Shown here piece by piece: positions 37,213 to 50,051 of a stretch of DNA of 64,000 nt. Under the pieces are notes generated by a model. The model did no database searches. It was not told the origin of the DNA and saw only the letters and a program-made list of their open reading frames with translations. This stretch comes from Felis catus. Lineage: Eukaryota. Where the stretch lies: assembly GCF_018350175.1 (NCBI RefSeq), contig NC_058368.1:41480001-41544000 (forward strand). The letters are read 5' to 3'. A program made the translations under genes and the position numbers. Positions within the stretch are counted from its first letter, which is position 1. Every line of letters starts with the position of its first letter.

Positions 37213-37474
37213 TTGGTCAGGTAAATGATCTGCATACCCTGTGACCTTGACCATTCCTTTTTAGCTGTATACCTTGTAGAAATGAGTTCTTGAATGTGCC
37301 AAGATACTAACATCCAGAAACACTCATAGAAGCATTGTTTGTGATTACTCCAAATAGAAAGTTACTCAAATATTCATTAAACATAGAATAAAGAAATGCA
37401 ATATTTTCAAATAACACAATAAAAACAAGCATCAACTACAAGGAATAACATAGATGAATCTTGAAAAACAATAT

Positions 37475-37928
37475 TGTGTGGGAAATCAAATAGCCAATTT
37501 CTGGGTTAGGAGATTATAGGGAACGCATTGCAAAGTAGAACACTGCTTTCTGGCCTTGCCAAAAACAGCAGCCATGTATATCCAAGGGTTAGGTCCTGTC
37601 TGTGTTCATAAGTTCCTTAGACCATGTTATCCAATGAAATATCTTATCCTGTTCTCCACCCTGTTTTCTACATCTGCTCTTCTGTAGTCTTGGGAATGCC
37701 TTAACTTGTTTTCCTACATGTTTTCAATACATTCTTACTGGCATGTAGCCCACTGACGTATTCTACATTGTTTCTCTAAATGTATGCTTAATAAATATGG
37801 GAGCTTGAGAGCAGCTAAGGGAGGCTTCCCTTAGTCTCCCTCTCACCACTCTTGACTTGTATAGAGTCTGGAGTAATTCTCTCTGCCACCCTCAACTTTG
37901 CAGGGCAAAGCCGAGAGCCAAACCCACA
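37475..37928 (+). mobile_element. Solo LTR, family not recognised (possibly carnivore-specific)
   Basis: TG...CA termini, AATAAA at 37790-37795, 4-bp flanks atat/atac; removing it restores continuous L1 sequence. Confidence 0.7.
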
Positions 37929-38033
37929 ATACTGAGCAAGAGAAGGTAAATTGAAAGGAATGTTTTCTGCAAAAATAAATTCAAATAAAGTTAAAAAAAA
38001 TAAGTAAGACTAAACCACAGTAGGGTTACCTAC

Positions 38034-38411
38034 TATGATGGTCCTTTGAAATGTCAACCTGCTTAGGGAACAGTCCCCAGTTACTCATTCAAACAGTATT
38101 TTATAGATGTAGTTAAATCCATAATCAGTTGATTTTCAATAAGAGATTATCCTTGATAACGTTTGTGCCCTGACTCAATCAGTTTCACAGTCTAAAGAAG
38201 GACAGAATGGAGGTTTCTCTGATAAAGAAGAAATTATACTTGTGGCTCACAGTTTCAGCTCACCCATCCTGCCCTTCTTAAATGGCCAGCCCTATATATT
38301 TTAGACTTACCTACTCAGCTCCCACAATTGCATAAGCCAATTTCTTGCAATTAATCTCTTAATGCATATCCTATGACTGGTTCTGTTTCTGTTTGAACAT
38401 TGACTACTACA
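38034..38411 (+). mobile_element. ERVL solo LTR, MLT2D-like
   Basis: tatgatgg...atgtcaacctg...ataatcagttga...gagattatcc...cccacaattgcataagccaatttcttgcaat...ctggttctgtttct. Confidence 0.85.
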
Positions 38412-39116
38412 TACATATATTATGCAGGCATAATCAGGTAAAAAAAAAGAACAAAAAACTATAGAGAAGAGGACAGACTTGATAAAATTAAAGGCCAGTA
38501 TGAATTTCTTATGATTAAGAAGAGATTCACATAAAGACCTCTGAGTGTTGGTAATACTCATTTTTGACTTGAGTGGTGGTAAGAAGTTATCGTTACAATC
38601 ATTTATTAACCTATTCATATAGTTGCATCTATTTTTCTAAGTTTCCAGTTTTAATAATTTCAAAACTCCAACTTTTGTGTATCTATTTTATGCTGATACT
38701 ATATGGGAATCCATATTTCTCATTTAATTTACTATTGGGCAATGATCTGTGGGATAATATATTACTTTTTTTTATTTCTTCCCAGATTTTTAAGTTTTTT
38801 TTACAGGGTACATTATGGTGCTTCTTTTTTTCTCCATCCCGTGAATGAATCACTCTAAGTACATGCTGTGAGACTGAGCTGTTATATCTCTATAATGTGT
38901 ATGAAATGTGGTTAGTGAATATTCTGTTTCAATGTTATGAGGTATAGTGACCATTTTGTCAGTTTAGTTTGTTGTATTTATCATTTTAAAAAATGTTGAA
39001 GCTTTTTCCTGAGGAAAAAAATTCTTTGAATAAAAAATTGCTATTTGCTCTTACTGACCCATATCCTACAAAGCTGATCTGCATTTCAATGCTCTTTGAA
39101 GTTAGCATTTACTTCT

Positions 39117-39119
<3 letters not shown>

Positions 39120-39157
<38 letters not shown>
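39120..39157. repeat. (AT)19 microsatellite
   Basis: Directly visible. Confidence 0.97.
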
Positions 39158-39159
<2 letters not shown>

Positions 39160-41823
39160 TGAGGGAGAGGGGAGGGGGGAGAGGAAGAAATACCCTGAAA
39201 ATGAAGAGCATACAGATTTTAAAATTCACTTGAAGTTTAAAAAGTATTTAAAATAGTTCTAAAATAGCCTGCTTTGTATAAAGTATATTTTGAAATTTTT
39301 AACAATAAAATATAGAATACATATTTGTATGTTGTTTTTAGAATAGACTAAAGGAATAATCTCACAAACATTCAAAACAAACTATAGCAGAATGTCATTT
39401 TGAAGTTTCTAAAATTTCACTCACTATAAACTAAAAATAATGTTTATATTAATTTATTATTAGAACTAATGTATTTAGTTACATTTATATTCAGATTCCA
39501 AACATTCAGGAAATCATTCAAATTCCAGGTGTATAACTCACATCTGTCACTAGATTCTTAGTGTCATACTGTCAAATTCAGAAAGGCAGTCCTTGAATTA
39601 AATACTCCAGTTCAAGCTTTAACGTAGGGATGAAAGTTGATCTAACTTGACAGTTCTCTAGAAATAATCATTCTGACATGTCAAAGCTGGTACATGTCCA
39701 GATCTCTACATTATTCAAAAATGATGGGATCTAGGGAGAGGAAAAGAAATGACACAAATGCCTACACCCAAGAATTAAATACTTCAAAAGCAAAAAATGG
39801 TATAGTTCATATAGGGTTGGTTTCAGAATGGAGGATGAGAATATAGTATACATCATTACACTTACTCAATATTTTTCTCAATCTTTTCCCACACTCAATA
39901 AACTTTATAGATTTGAGAAATTATGGGAAAAGGTGGATAAGACAGACTTTTGACATTTAACTTCTATAGTCAGTGACCATTTGATGTAGATTTGTTGGTA
40001 ATTAGTAAACAACCAATGGTACAAATAGATTAGAATGCTAATCATCTTGCATCTAAAATTTTGACTTAACTGTCCTTTTAAAAAAATTGTGCCTTTGTAT
40101 TTTGGTCTAAGATTTTTTGAGGAACCCCTGATTACGCTGAATTGTCTATCTGCTTTCTTTGGTTATTTATGTCATGGATCGATTGGAGCTACCGGTTGTT
40201 TCTCCCATTTGCCCCATTCATAACAACAATGACTGAATCCATTTTGGAATTTGATGCGATAAAATATCAGGTCAAAGGTTTTTATTTCTATTCACAGATG
40301 GAGTTAATGATTTCTCCAACTACACCATTTGAATTAAGACCTTATCTGCAACAATCATCTCTAGAGTTGATATGGTAGTTCAGATACGTTTGCCCAAATG
40401 AGCCTGAGATGTCTGTGACGAGTCCACCATAACGGCACTGCAGTCAGCCTATGAATAACAAACTAGCTGAGCTGAGTCAGCTGGGTCATCTATTGCTCTC
40501 TGCTCACAGAGGAGAGCTGGAAGTGATAGATAGCTCCATTAACTCCGCCTGACTAATGCACACTTGGGGAACACCAAATTGGGAACATTTTTTCTATCTT
40601 TCTGAGACAAACTGCAGGGATGCAGTTGGTTCATTCTCCACTTGTAATGAGGACGATATTTGGAAACATGAGTAATAGCAAAAGAAAGCAGTAAAAATAA
40701 TATTTGATATCATGGAATAGCATTTGATTTTTAATGAACACATTTCAGTCTAGACTATCAAAATATTTTCTCAGCATTATTTACAAATATCTGAGAAAAC
40801 TGACATGCAATGTCACATATCAAATAGTAAATAGTTTTACCTTGACTAGAATGACAATTTTCATAATATTAATATGTATATTATAGGTCCCATCTTATAA
40901 TGGTTCAATATTTATATGAGAGTGTTATACCGATCAAGGAATAAATAAAAGTTTACAACAGAATTACAATTCCTTCCTAATTTCCATTATTAAATGTACA
41001 AAGATATCATTTGTTTTTAGGTTCAAAGAGAAAAATTAAAAGTTGAAGATTAAATACACTAATTCCTCAAATTATTTATAATGGTTTTATCTGAGATTCG
41101 TGTTAATAAATAGGCTAATGAGCATACAAGGCAAAGTTGCTTCCTTACCAACTTGCCAGTTTGAAATGAATTATTTACAAGAGTTAAATAACAGAAATTG
41201 ACAAGATTTCTGTGGGGCAATTCCTTCTTTTATTCACATCACCAGCCTTATGTAAGTTATTGAAATTACTTCAGTAATTAAAAATGGTAATGGAAAACAA
41301 ATCAAAGTGCAAAGCACTTGTAAAAACAAAGGAAAAAGGGAGTCATTTCAAATTCAGTGTTGTCCTATTAGATGTCATTGTAATTATAATAAACAATTAA
41401 CATTTTCTGAAGGATTTATAATAACTCTATCTCATCTTCCCCAATACATGATTTCCCTCACATTTTCAATCTATTCTCCTTTATGAAAAAAAATCATTTT
41501 TTTTCTTAATAGATTTGAGAAACTATTTAAGGCACTGAGAATTCTAAGATGAATAATTTCATCATCTCTGACCTTAAGGGGGAAAAGAGAAAGAAATAGA
41601 AATTAAAAATGTGAAAATAATATTCATTCAACAGATGGAATTGATTACCTAATATATTTCAAGCGCTATGCTTGGCTCTTGCACTTGATAGAGAATAAAG
41701 TTAGATATATTCTATGGCTTCATGGAGTTTAGGGTATATAGAAAGAAACAAACATAAATTAAATGATCACACAGAAAAATAGAAAATATCAAAGGTGTAA
41801 GAACCTTGAAAAAAAGAGACCTA

Positions 41824-42303
41824 CAGTAGCCTCCCCTTATCTGCTGGGGATATGTTCCAAGACCCCCCCCCCCAGTGGAAACCTGAAAGTACAGATAGCA
41901 CTGAGCCCTATATATACCGTGTTTTCCCCATACATACAAGCCTATGACAAGGTTTAATTTACAAATTAGGCATGGGAAGAGATTAACAACATCAATTAAT
42001 AATAAAATAGAATAATTATAACAGTATACTGTAATAACAGTTATGTGAATGTGGTCTCTTTTAAAATATCTTAAGGTACCATACTCACCCTTTTTGTGAT
42101 GTGAGATAATAAAATGCCTATATGATGAGGTGAAGTGAAATCAATGATGTAGGCATTGTTACATAGTGTTAGACTACTATTGACCTTCTGGCAATAAGTC
42201 AGAAGGAGGATCATCTGCTTCCAGACCATGGTTGATCACAGGTAACTAAAACCACAGGAAAAAACAAAACAAAACAAAAACATAGATAAGTGGGGGAGTA
42301 CTG
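41824..42303 (+). mobile_element. TcMar-Tigger MITE, MER44 (B-like)
   Basis: Terminal inverted repeats CAGTAGCCTCCCCTTATC / GATAAGTGGGGGAGTACTG; TA duplication at 41822-41823 and 42304-42305. Confidence 0.9.
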
Positions 42304-42559
42304 TACTGCCAAGGAGACCTACTAATCAGAGTTAGGATTGGCTTTCATGAAGACAAAGCAGTTGAATTGATACTTGTGAGATGAATGAGGGTTTACTGAA
42401 TGAAGGGTGGATGAAATATGTTCACACAAAAGAAAGCATGTGGTAAAAGGAGACATGACACATGTGATGAACAGAAAGATTCCAGTGTGACCAGAGCCCT
42501 GACAAATTGGAGAAGAATGGTCCAAAACAAGGATGGAGAAAACAGGATAAGACAACTGG

Positions 42560-42830
42560 AATAATACAGTGTTGTATGCTTGTAAACTTGTTAAGAGGGT
42601 AGATTTCATATTAAGTGTTCTTAACCCCCCCCACACACACACATGCACATGCACACACGCATGCACACACAAAGGGACACAAGAAATCTTTTGAAGATGA
42701 TGAATATGTTTATTACCTTGATTGTGGTGATGGTATCATGAGAGTATACATATGTCCAATTTCAACAAAATGTATACCTTAAATATGTACAGTTTTTTGT
42801 ACATTAAATATATCTCCATAAAGCTAGGAG
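42560..42830 (+). mobile_element. L1 3' end (L1MB-like)
   Basis: ttgttaagagggtagattt...taagtgttctta...tatgtttattaccttgattgtggtgatggtatcatg. Confidence 0.85.
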
Positions 42831-43234
42831 ACAAACAGACAACATCGATACAAAAATAAATGGAAAAAAAAAACCTAGCTCAGACAAAGCAGAATATACC
42901 AGTTTAAAATATTAGGCTTTTCCTGGCTCACAGAAAGCAGAAAGATTTCAGGTATGGACTAACATGGTTAGATTATCAGGTTTTAAAAATATTGTGCTGA
43001 AATATGGAGATAAGATAAAAGAAAATCAAAGACCAATGAAAAGGCTGTAGTAGTCCAGATGGAAAACGATGGTGGCTTAAACTACTGAATGGGAATGAGA
43101 CGGAGGGAAGTGAATGAATGAAGAGATATTTGTGATGTAAAAATCATAAGATTGGTGATAGATTAAAATAGAAAAGGACATAGAGGGGGAGAAATCAAAG
43201 TTAGCTTTCAACAAACAAACAAACAAACAAATCC

Positions 43235-43420
43235 TTAAACAATGAAATTTGATGAGCTTCTGAGTTGGTGAACACATCCAAGTTCTGGGAAGGTGGCAAA
43301 CACCAGTTCCAAAGGGATAGAGGCTCCTCAGTCATGACATCTCAGTGCCCTTCCTGACTCACTGGCTGTTCATCTGTGACTTTTATAATAAAGTTGGTAC
43401 ACATAAAAAGAAAAGTTAAC
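43235..43420 (+). mobile_element. LTR fragment, MER21-like
   Basis: gagcttctgagttggtgaacacatcc...ctgggaaggtggc...ctggctgttcatctgt...tttataataaa. Confidence 0.7.
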
Positions 43421-44598
43421 TTTCAAATTCCCGGCTTGTGAAATGAAATGAACAGTGTCTGTATTTATTAAGAGAAAAATAATTGGAGCAAAGCCATGTT
43501 TGGGAGATTGACAAGGAAAAGCAAGATTATTAGCTACTTTTTGGACTTGTTGGTTTGTGGTACTTTCGCAATATACACATGGAAATGTCAAGAAGGTAGT
43601 TGATTATCTCACTGATTAGACCAGAAGCAATTTGATTAGTATCATAGAGGGCATAGAAGAAATTATGACAGGATTTAGAAGAGAATCTGGGACAGAATTT
43701 TGGGTATTTCCAATATCTTAACAGTTGCATACAGACATACAAACCTGTAAAGGAAATGAAGAATTTGTTGCCAAAAAAGACATTAGAAGAATAACAAGAG
43801 CATGATTTCATAGTCATAAAAGCCTATGGAAAGGGGATCTTTCAAGATAAAGGAATGTTGAAAAATACTGAATACTTTTCAGCGGTCAAATTATATGATG
43901 ACAAAATATATATGTGAGCATAGTGACTAGCACAAATGGTGTCTTTGGAACAGAATATTTGACTGATGGTAAGAATGATCTTCCTCTAACCAAAGTTAAG
44001 AGGAAAAGCTGAATTCAAAAGAGAAAAAGAAGTGATAGTATAGGGTTCTTGAGACCAGATAGATCTGAGGTGTAGGTATGGACTAACCTTACAGAGGTCA
44101 AAGGACAGGTCCTCAATTTTACAAAAAGGCAGGGAAAAGTTGGGTTTGTTTGTATACAGGTTGATTTATATAGTAGTAGGAGATTTAGAGCACTCTAATG
44201 TAATAACATCTAATTTCTCTGTGAAATACATGTCAAGTCATTTTTGGGGAGGAAGTGGAACTTGAAGAATATTTATTTGTTTGGAGTGAAGCAGGGAGAT
44301 TCACAGGTTCGAATTAGATGAAGAATGTTTTACACTGCAGAGCATGGAAAAGGAATGAATGAATGAATGAATGAGATGAATAGAGTAATGAGATGAAGTT
44401 GACAAAAAGATTATGAAAGCGTAGTTAAGGGACACAGTTAACTCAGCTAAAAATCTGTGAAAGTCTCATAAAAAATGATTTATGGGCTGAGTCTGGAAAG
44501 ACAAATAGGAAATTATCAGGGAAGGGGGAAACATTATTAGCAAAGGAAGCATCATTTAGAGAAGCAGGCATTAGAGTACCTTCAAGAATTTCAGTGTG

Positions 44599-44799
44599 GG
44601 GGCATCTCGGTGGCTCAGTGGCTAAGCGTCCAACTTTGGCTCAGGTCATGATCTCATGGTTAGTGAGTTCAAGCCGCGCATCAGGCTCTGTGCTGACAGC
44701 TCAGAGCCTGGAGCCTGCTTCAGATTCTACGTCTCCCTCTCCCTCTGCCTTACTCTTGCTCTCTCTGTCTCTGTCTAAAATAAATAAATATTTAAAAAG
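44599..44799 (+). mobile_element. Can-SINE
   Basis: Full head, CT tract and tail; degenerate TSD around atttcag. Confidence 0.96.
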
Positions 44800-45801
44800 A
44801 AAGATTTCAGCATGGCTAAAGTCAGCAGTGTGCCAGAATGGTTCTGCCATGCTTCCATGTAAGGCATGCAGCTGGTCTGTGGCTCTGTTTTAGGTGCTCT
44901 GACAGTGGTGGCTCTTTTCTCCCCCACCAAAAATATCCTGGCCAAGACCCAAATTTAGGTGAGAGAATCGGTGAGGAAAATGTAGTTACCATGTTTTTCT
45001 TGCAGGTTGAGTAACTTACCCTCATTCCAAAAGACAAATTAAGACAGTTACTCTCTCAGAACAGTTAATAAACTAACTGAACTTTCTCATGGCTGTTCAT
45101 AAAAATGAATTCAAAGTGAAAATAAGATATGTGCATTCTTTTCTATCACTTTTTGTTATTCTCATTTTTACTATCATGGGTTTTGTGAGTGATGACTTCT
45201 GAAGAAGTAAAAAAAATACAATCTATTTTAGCACTGCAATTAATGACATTAGAAAATTAATATTAATTACTAAAGTGAATTATACTAATAATAATCTAAT
45301 TTTCTCATATGTAATATCCAATGAGAGGATTAATGGCTATTGTTTAATTCGGTTTTTTTGCTAGTAAACTTAATGTTTTTATGTCAATTTTTATTACTGT
45401 GTTTATTATTCTTGGGAGTTTTCAGACATCAACCATGTGTTTATGGGTATGTTCTAGAGCATAATTTTCCGATGATTTGAATAAATGATTTGAAAACATA
45501 ATTCAACACTATCATTATTCACAGCATAAGTGCTTTGTTGTATTCCATATTTACAGATATGTATCATGTTGACACTGTGTGTTCAAACATTGAGTTGCAT
45601 AATGATACAAAATTTGAAATGGCATTAATACTCTGTCAAACTTTTGATACAAGACTAATAATGAAATAGGTTTGCTATATTAGCAGCTATAACATTTGAA
45701 ATTACTAAAACCGTATAATTCCTAACTATTTAAGAGATCCTTTTTGTCATCTTTTAATTTTCTAAGGTGCATATTCTTATCTAAATGCATATGTTGTTTT
45801 A

Positions 45802-46014
45802 TTTTTTAAAGTGTATTTATTTATTTTGAGAGAAAGAGAGCATGCTCACGAGTGGGGGAGAGGGACAGAGAGAAAGGGAGAGAGAGAATTCCAAGCAGGC
45901 TTCATGTTTTCAGCGCAGGGCATGACGTGGTGATCCATCCCACAAACTGCAAGATCATGACCTGAGCCGAAATAGAGAGTCAGAGGCTTGACAACTGAAC
46001 CACTCAGGTGCCCC
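45802..46014 (-). mobile_element. Can-SINE (older subfamily)
   Basis: TSD aaat(g/a)catat(g/a)ttgtttta at 45783-45801 and 46016-46034. Confidence 0.96.
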
Positions 46015-46314
46015 AAAATACATATATTGTTTTAATGTATTTTTTTTTCTCTTTCCTTGTTTGGTACTCTGTGTTGACTAGACATAAAAGAGCCGGCTCG
46101 AAGTGGTTACTTCATGAATACATAGGGTTAAATGTGTAATTTGTCAATGGCTTTTAATTATCTTAAAACAGATTTCACATTTTTCATTTTCAATTATTTT
46201 ATGTTGTCTTCTTCCCAACATTGCATTTTAGCCAGGTTCTTTACAAAATATTTTTTTTCGTAAGAGCCAAAACACAACACTTTATTTTTAAATAATATAC
46301 GAATGTAATCGTCA

Positions 46315-46590
46315 CATACATCATCTGGAGTGTTTGGCTACACGTGAAAGACTACATAAAATTGGCTTAAATCATAAGAACATATATTTTTTAGTTAACT
46401 TCCAAAGTCAATGGTCCAGTTGTTGATTCCGTGAATGAGAGAACCACCCATTTCCCAGTACACCCTATTCTTCCACTAGGTATCAGGAGTATGCGGGTGA
46501 TGCCCTACTCACAGTTGCAAGATGGCTGCTGTAATCACAGCATCTTTCCCACTCAGCTCTCTCCACAAGGGAAGAAGTAGCAAATAGAAA
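46315..46590 (-). mobile_element. Old MaLR LTR fragment (MLT1K/L-like)
   Basis: tggcttaaa...ctcacagttgcaagatggctgctg. Confidence 0.5.
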
Positions 46591-46598
46591 GAAAGAGA

Positions 46599-46813
46599 GG
46601 GGCCCCTGGGTGGCTCAGTCCATTGAGTGACTCTTGGTTTCTGCTTAGGTCATGATCTCACAGTCATGGGATAGAGCCTTGCATGGGCGCTGTGTTGACA
46701 GCATGGAACCTGCTTGGGATTCTCTCTCTCCCCCACCCTCTCCCCTGTTTGCATTCTCTCTGTTTCTCTCTCTCTCAAAATAAATAAATAAATAAACATT
46801 AAAAAATTTAAAA
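46599..46813 (+). mobile_element. Can-SINE (older subfamily)
   Basis: GGGGCCCCTGGGTGGCTCAGTC head, cctgcttgggattctctc, (AATA)n tail. Confidence 0.96.
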
Positions 46814-47311
46814 GGAAAGAAATAAGAGAGAGAGAGAGAGAAAATATTTTTCTTTGTGTAGTTTTGGAATGGGTTAGTATAATAAGAATAAATTTAATTT
46901 TTTATGATACTTATTCATGGAGTAGCCATGATGTACTTGAAAATATTGTTTCTTAGTTTCTTACTAATAACTTGTTTCATTATATTTCATATACCTCAGG
47001 AGTATACCTCATTCTTCTTTCCTACCTCATACCTTCATATACCTCATTCTTCTTTCCTTTCTCTCTCTCTCTCAAAATTATTTCATGCTGGCCTCAAATT
47101 CTGTGCTTCTAAGTCAAAACTCAATCCAATTATTTTCTTATATCAAGAAGTCAGCAGTTGTTTTCTGTGCCCACAGACACAAAAATAAAAACTTTGCTTA
47201 TGCTATGGTGAAATACACATTTTAGAAGATATTTGAACTCAAATTTTTACTTCTTAATTCCCTCCTTCTGGAAGGTCAGCTTCTCCATAGGAAACTTTTC
47301 CTTGGTCTTTT

Positions 47312-47520
47312 ATTTTAAATTTTTTAATGTTTATTTATTTATTTTGAGAGAGAAAGAGCAAGCAGGGGAGGGGCAGAGAGAGATGGAGAGAGAATCCCAA
47401 GCAAGATCCATGCTGTCAGCGCCGAGCCCGATGCGGGGCTTGAACTCACAAACCATGAGATTATTACCTGAGCCAGAATCAGAGTCGGACACTTAACCAA
47501 CTGGGCCACCCAGGTGCCCC
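47312..47520 (-). mobile_element. Can-SINE
   Basis: Full body; TSD ttttccttggtctttt on both sides. Confidence 0.97.
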
Positions 47521-49333
47521 AAAAACTTTTTCCTTGGTCTTTTTAAAATGCTTGACATTTTCTAATATTACAAAAAACAAAAACAAAGTTTAATTGCTTA
47601 TGACACGGCTTTCATACAGTAACTTATTTTTTTTATTTCTAATTTCCAAATGACCTCTTTTTCATTAATACTTCTGTCATTATCTATTCCTACTGTCTCT
47701 GACACAACATCTAACTACGAGGTCTTCTCTCAATGCTCCCAAGCATGAATACCTCAATTATTTTTATTCAATAGCTTTATTTGCTCACACATCTAACATT
47801 TACTGTTTGTCAACAGTTACATTTATTGTTTATCTAACAATCTAACATTTATTGTTTATCACGCCAATTGCTGAGCTATGGTATTATGTGATATGCATTG
47901 TTTTGTTACTAATAATTATGCTTTTTAAATATACCAATTACCAATTTAAATATTCCAATTTACCCCTTTTTGGTATCTATATTCTTATAGTGTCTTTATC
48001 TAGTGCCATATTTCTTTCCTTTGAGATTTGTTTATATTTTTCAATTGACATTTGAGTGAAGTAATCTTTTATTAATCTATGAATTTTATTTTCTACAGCA
48101 TCTATATATAATTTCAGCAAAATATTAACAGCTTATTTTGTCCTTGTAATATACATAGTAATATTATTTAAGTAGATTTTATTTTCCAGTTTACATGTAA
48201 AAAAACCTAATTTTCATAACACTGCCAAGTGTCAAATTTCAGATAACAATGTGAGTTTAGGTCAAAGTTGGGTAATATTTTCATTCTTGACAAATGGATT
48301 TGGTTTGCAAAAATCTAAATTTATGTTTACATATGCTATAGTTTAGTCTTTAATTGGAATATTTCCAAGATAGGCTATTTCATATTATAGTATTAAACAT
48401 CTTACCATCCTTTAAACTGTTACAAGTTATTTAACAAAATATGTGGGATCCAACAGACTTATTTGAGTTTAAAGTTTACCAGGGTTAAACTGATAGTTTT
48501 ACATTTTATAATTGTTATTCAACACATGAAGGCAATAAGGTTCAGTAAATGTGTCCATACAAATATAAATGCACACATACAGACATGTAATGTTAATATA
48601 ACATTTTCTTGAAACACATCCAATACTTCACAGTCTGTTAGGCTTAAATTTAGAATCTAATGGTATAATTAAATAAATGATTTGGTCTTTTACTTGAATA
48701 TCACACTCTACTAATTAGTACCCAAATTCAAGAAGGGTACCATACACATATTAATATTTCACTTTAACTTACTTTGTAATGGAAATTGTTGGGGGGAAAA
48801 CCTTGACAATTAGAATCCATTAAATCTTTCACTTGTCAATTGACCCATTTTTAGAGGATGGAGACATCAGGGGTGGGACGGAAGGGATGGTAGTAAATGA
48901 AATAACAAAAGGGATCAAGCCAAGTGCCTCTCTGTACCAGAGTAAAATCTGATTATAAGAGACTGTCTTACCAAAGACAGAATTATCATTTTTCTAGTTT
49001 TCTATTTTTGTAATCATACAGTGTACATTAATGGTACAGGATAGACATGATTACTTGTGATCCTGCAGAATGGCAGGATAAATGAAATAGCACAGCATTT
49101 TATACAGATAATGATAGATGTTTTCTATACCTCATATGACTTGCTTCATTAATCTGGGGTAAAATATAGCCACATTTCTTGTTTTTCCAAATAATCATTT
49201 TACCATTACCTGCCTTATTACTGGGAAGTATGGTATTTCCTTCATCAGGGCTGTCCCTACCCAGTAGTTGTTGTTGCTTTTTTAATCTTAATTGAGTTAT
49301 TAATTCTTAAATGAGGGTATATTCTGCCTTAAT

Positions 49334-49338
<5 letters not shown>

Positions 49339-49382
<44 letters not shown>
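49339..49382. repeat. (GA)22 microsatellite
   Basis: Directly visible. Confidence 0.97.
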
Positions 49383-49387
<5 letters not shown>

Positions 49388-50026
49388 TTTCAGATAAATC
49401 CTCTTCTGCTATTTCCTTTCCCTATCCCACAGTATTGTTGTTGAGTAGCATACTCTCCTGGATGCTTTGTCTACTGCATGCATGACACTATTAGTCCATT
49501 TTCTTGGGCAGAACTATTGGAAACCCTTCAGGGCTTGCAAAATTGAAATTATCTTATATCTTACATGCACAGTCACTTTTCCCTAAAGCTCAAATATCAC
49601 AATGACAGGAGTATCCAGCATCACTCAGGTTGTAGCATCGGTCCATCATTTTTCTTTAAACAATACTCTCCCAAAAATTACTTAAAAATTTTTGAAACTA
49701 ATTCTTCAATCTAGACTTGCCCTTTCCTCAGTATAAGTTTATTATTATTATTATTTGTTTGTTTCCTGTGTGCCTTCCTGGTAATATATATTGATTGGAG
49801 TGCCAAAATCCCATTCATTTCTCCAATTTTAAATATGATAGGATGTTTGTTGATGCCATCCTATGTTTCCCATAAGATCCTGGGGCTCTTTATGGAAAAA
49901 AAAATCCACCATTTCCCAAAAGTGGCTCTGCATACCAAGGGGATGGCAACTTTTGTGAAGGTAATCAATGTCTTAAGAGTTCTTATCAAACTTTTACCTT
50001 CCAGGATTCTACCAGTGTAAATTAAA

Positions 50027-50051
50027 GAGAGAGAGAGAGAGAGAGAGAGAG
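50027..50051. repeat. (AG)n microsatellite
   Basis: Directly visible. Confidence 0.95.

Larger units (their letters stand above)
35660..38680 (+). mobile_element. Old L1 (L1ME-like) 3' half with four nested insertions
   Basis: A-rich; atttatatggaa, tacattaaaactaagaacttctgctc, cactttggaaaa...tttggcattatct, agaagcattgtttgtgatta; collinear across the insertions. Confidence 0.75.
41620..44560 (-). mobile_element. Long degenerate L2 LINE with nested insertions
   Basis: attcattcaaca 3' end in reverse; aggctgtagtagtccagatg...gatggtggcttaaact, gagatatttg, acatggaaatgtcaagaagg are L2-like motifs. Confidence 0.65.
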
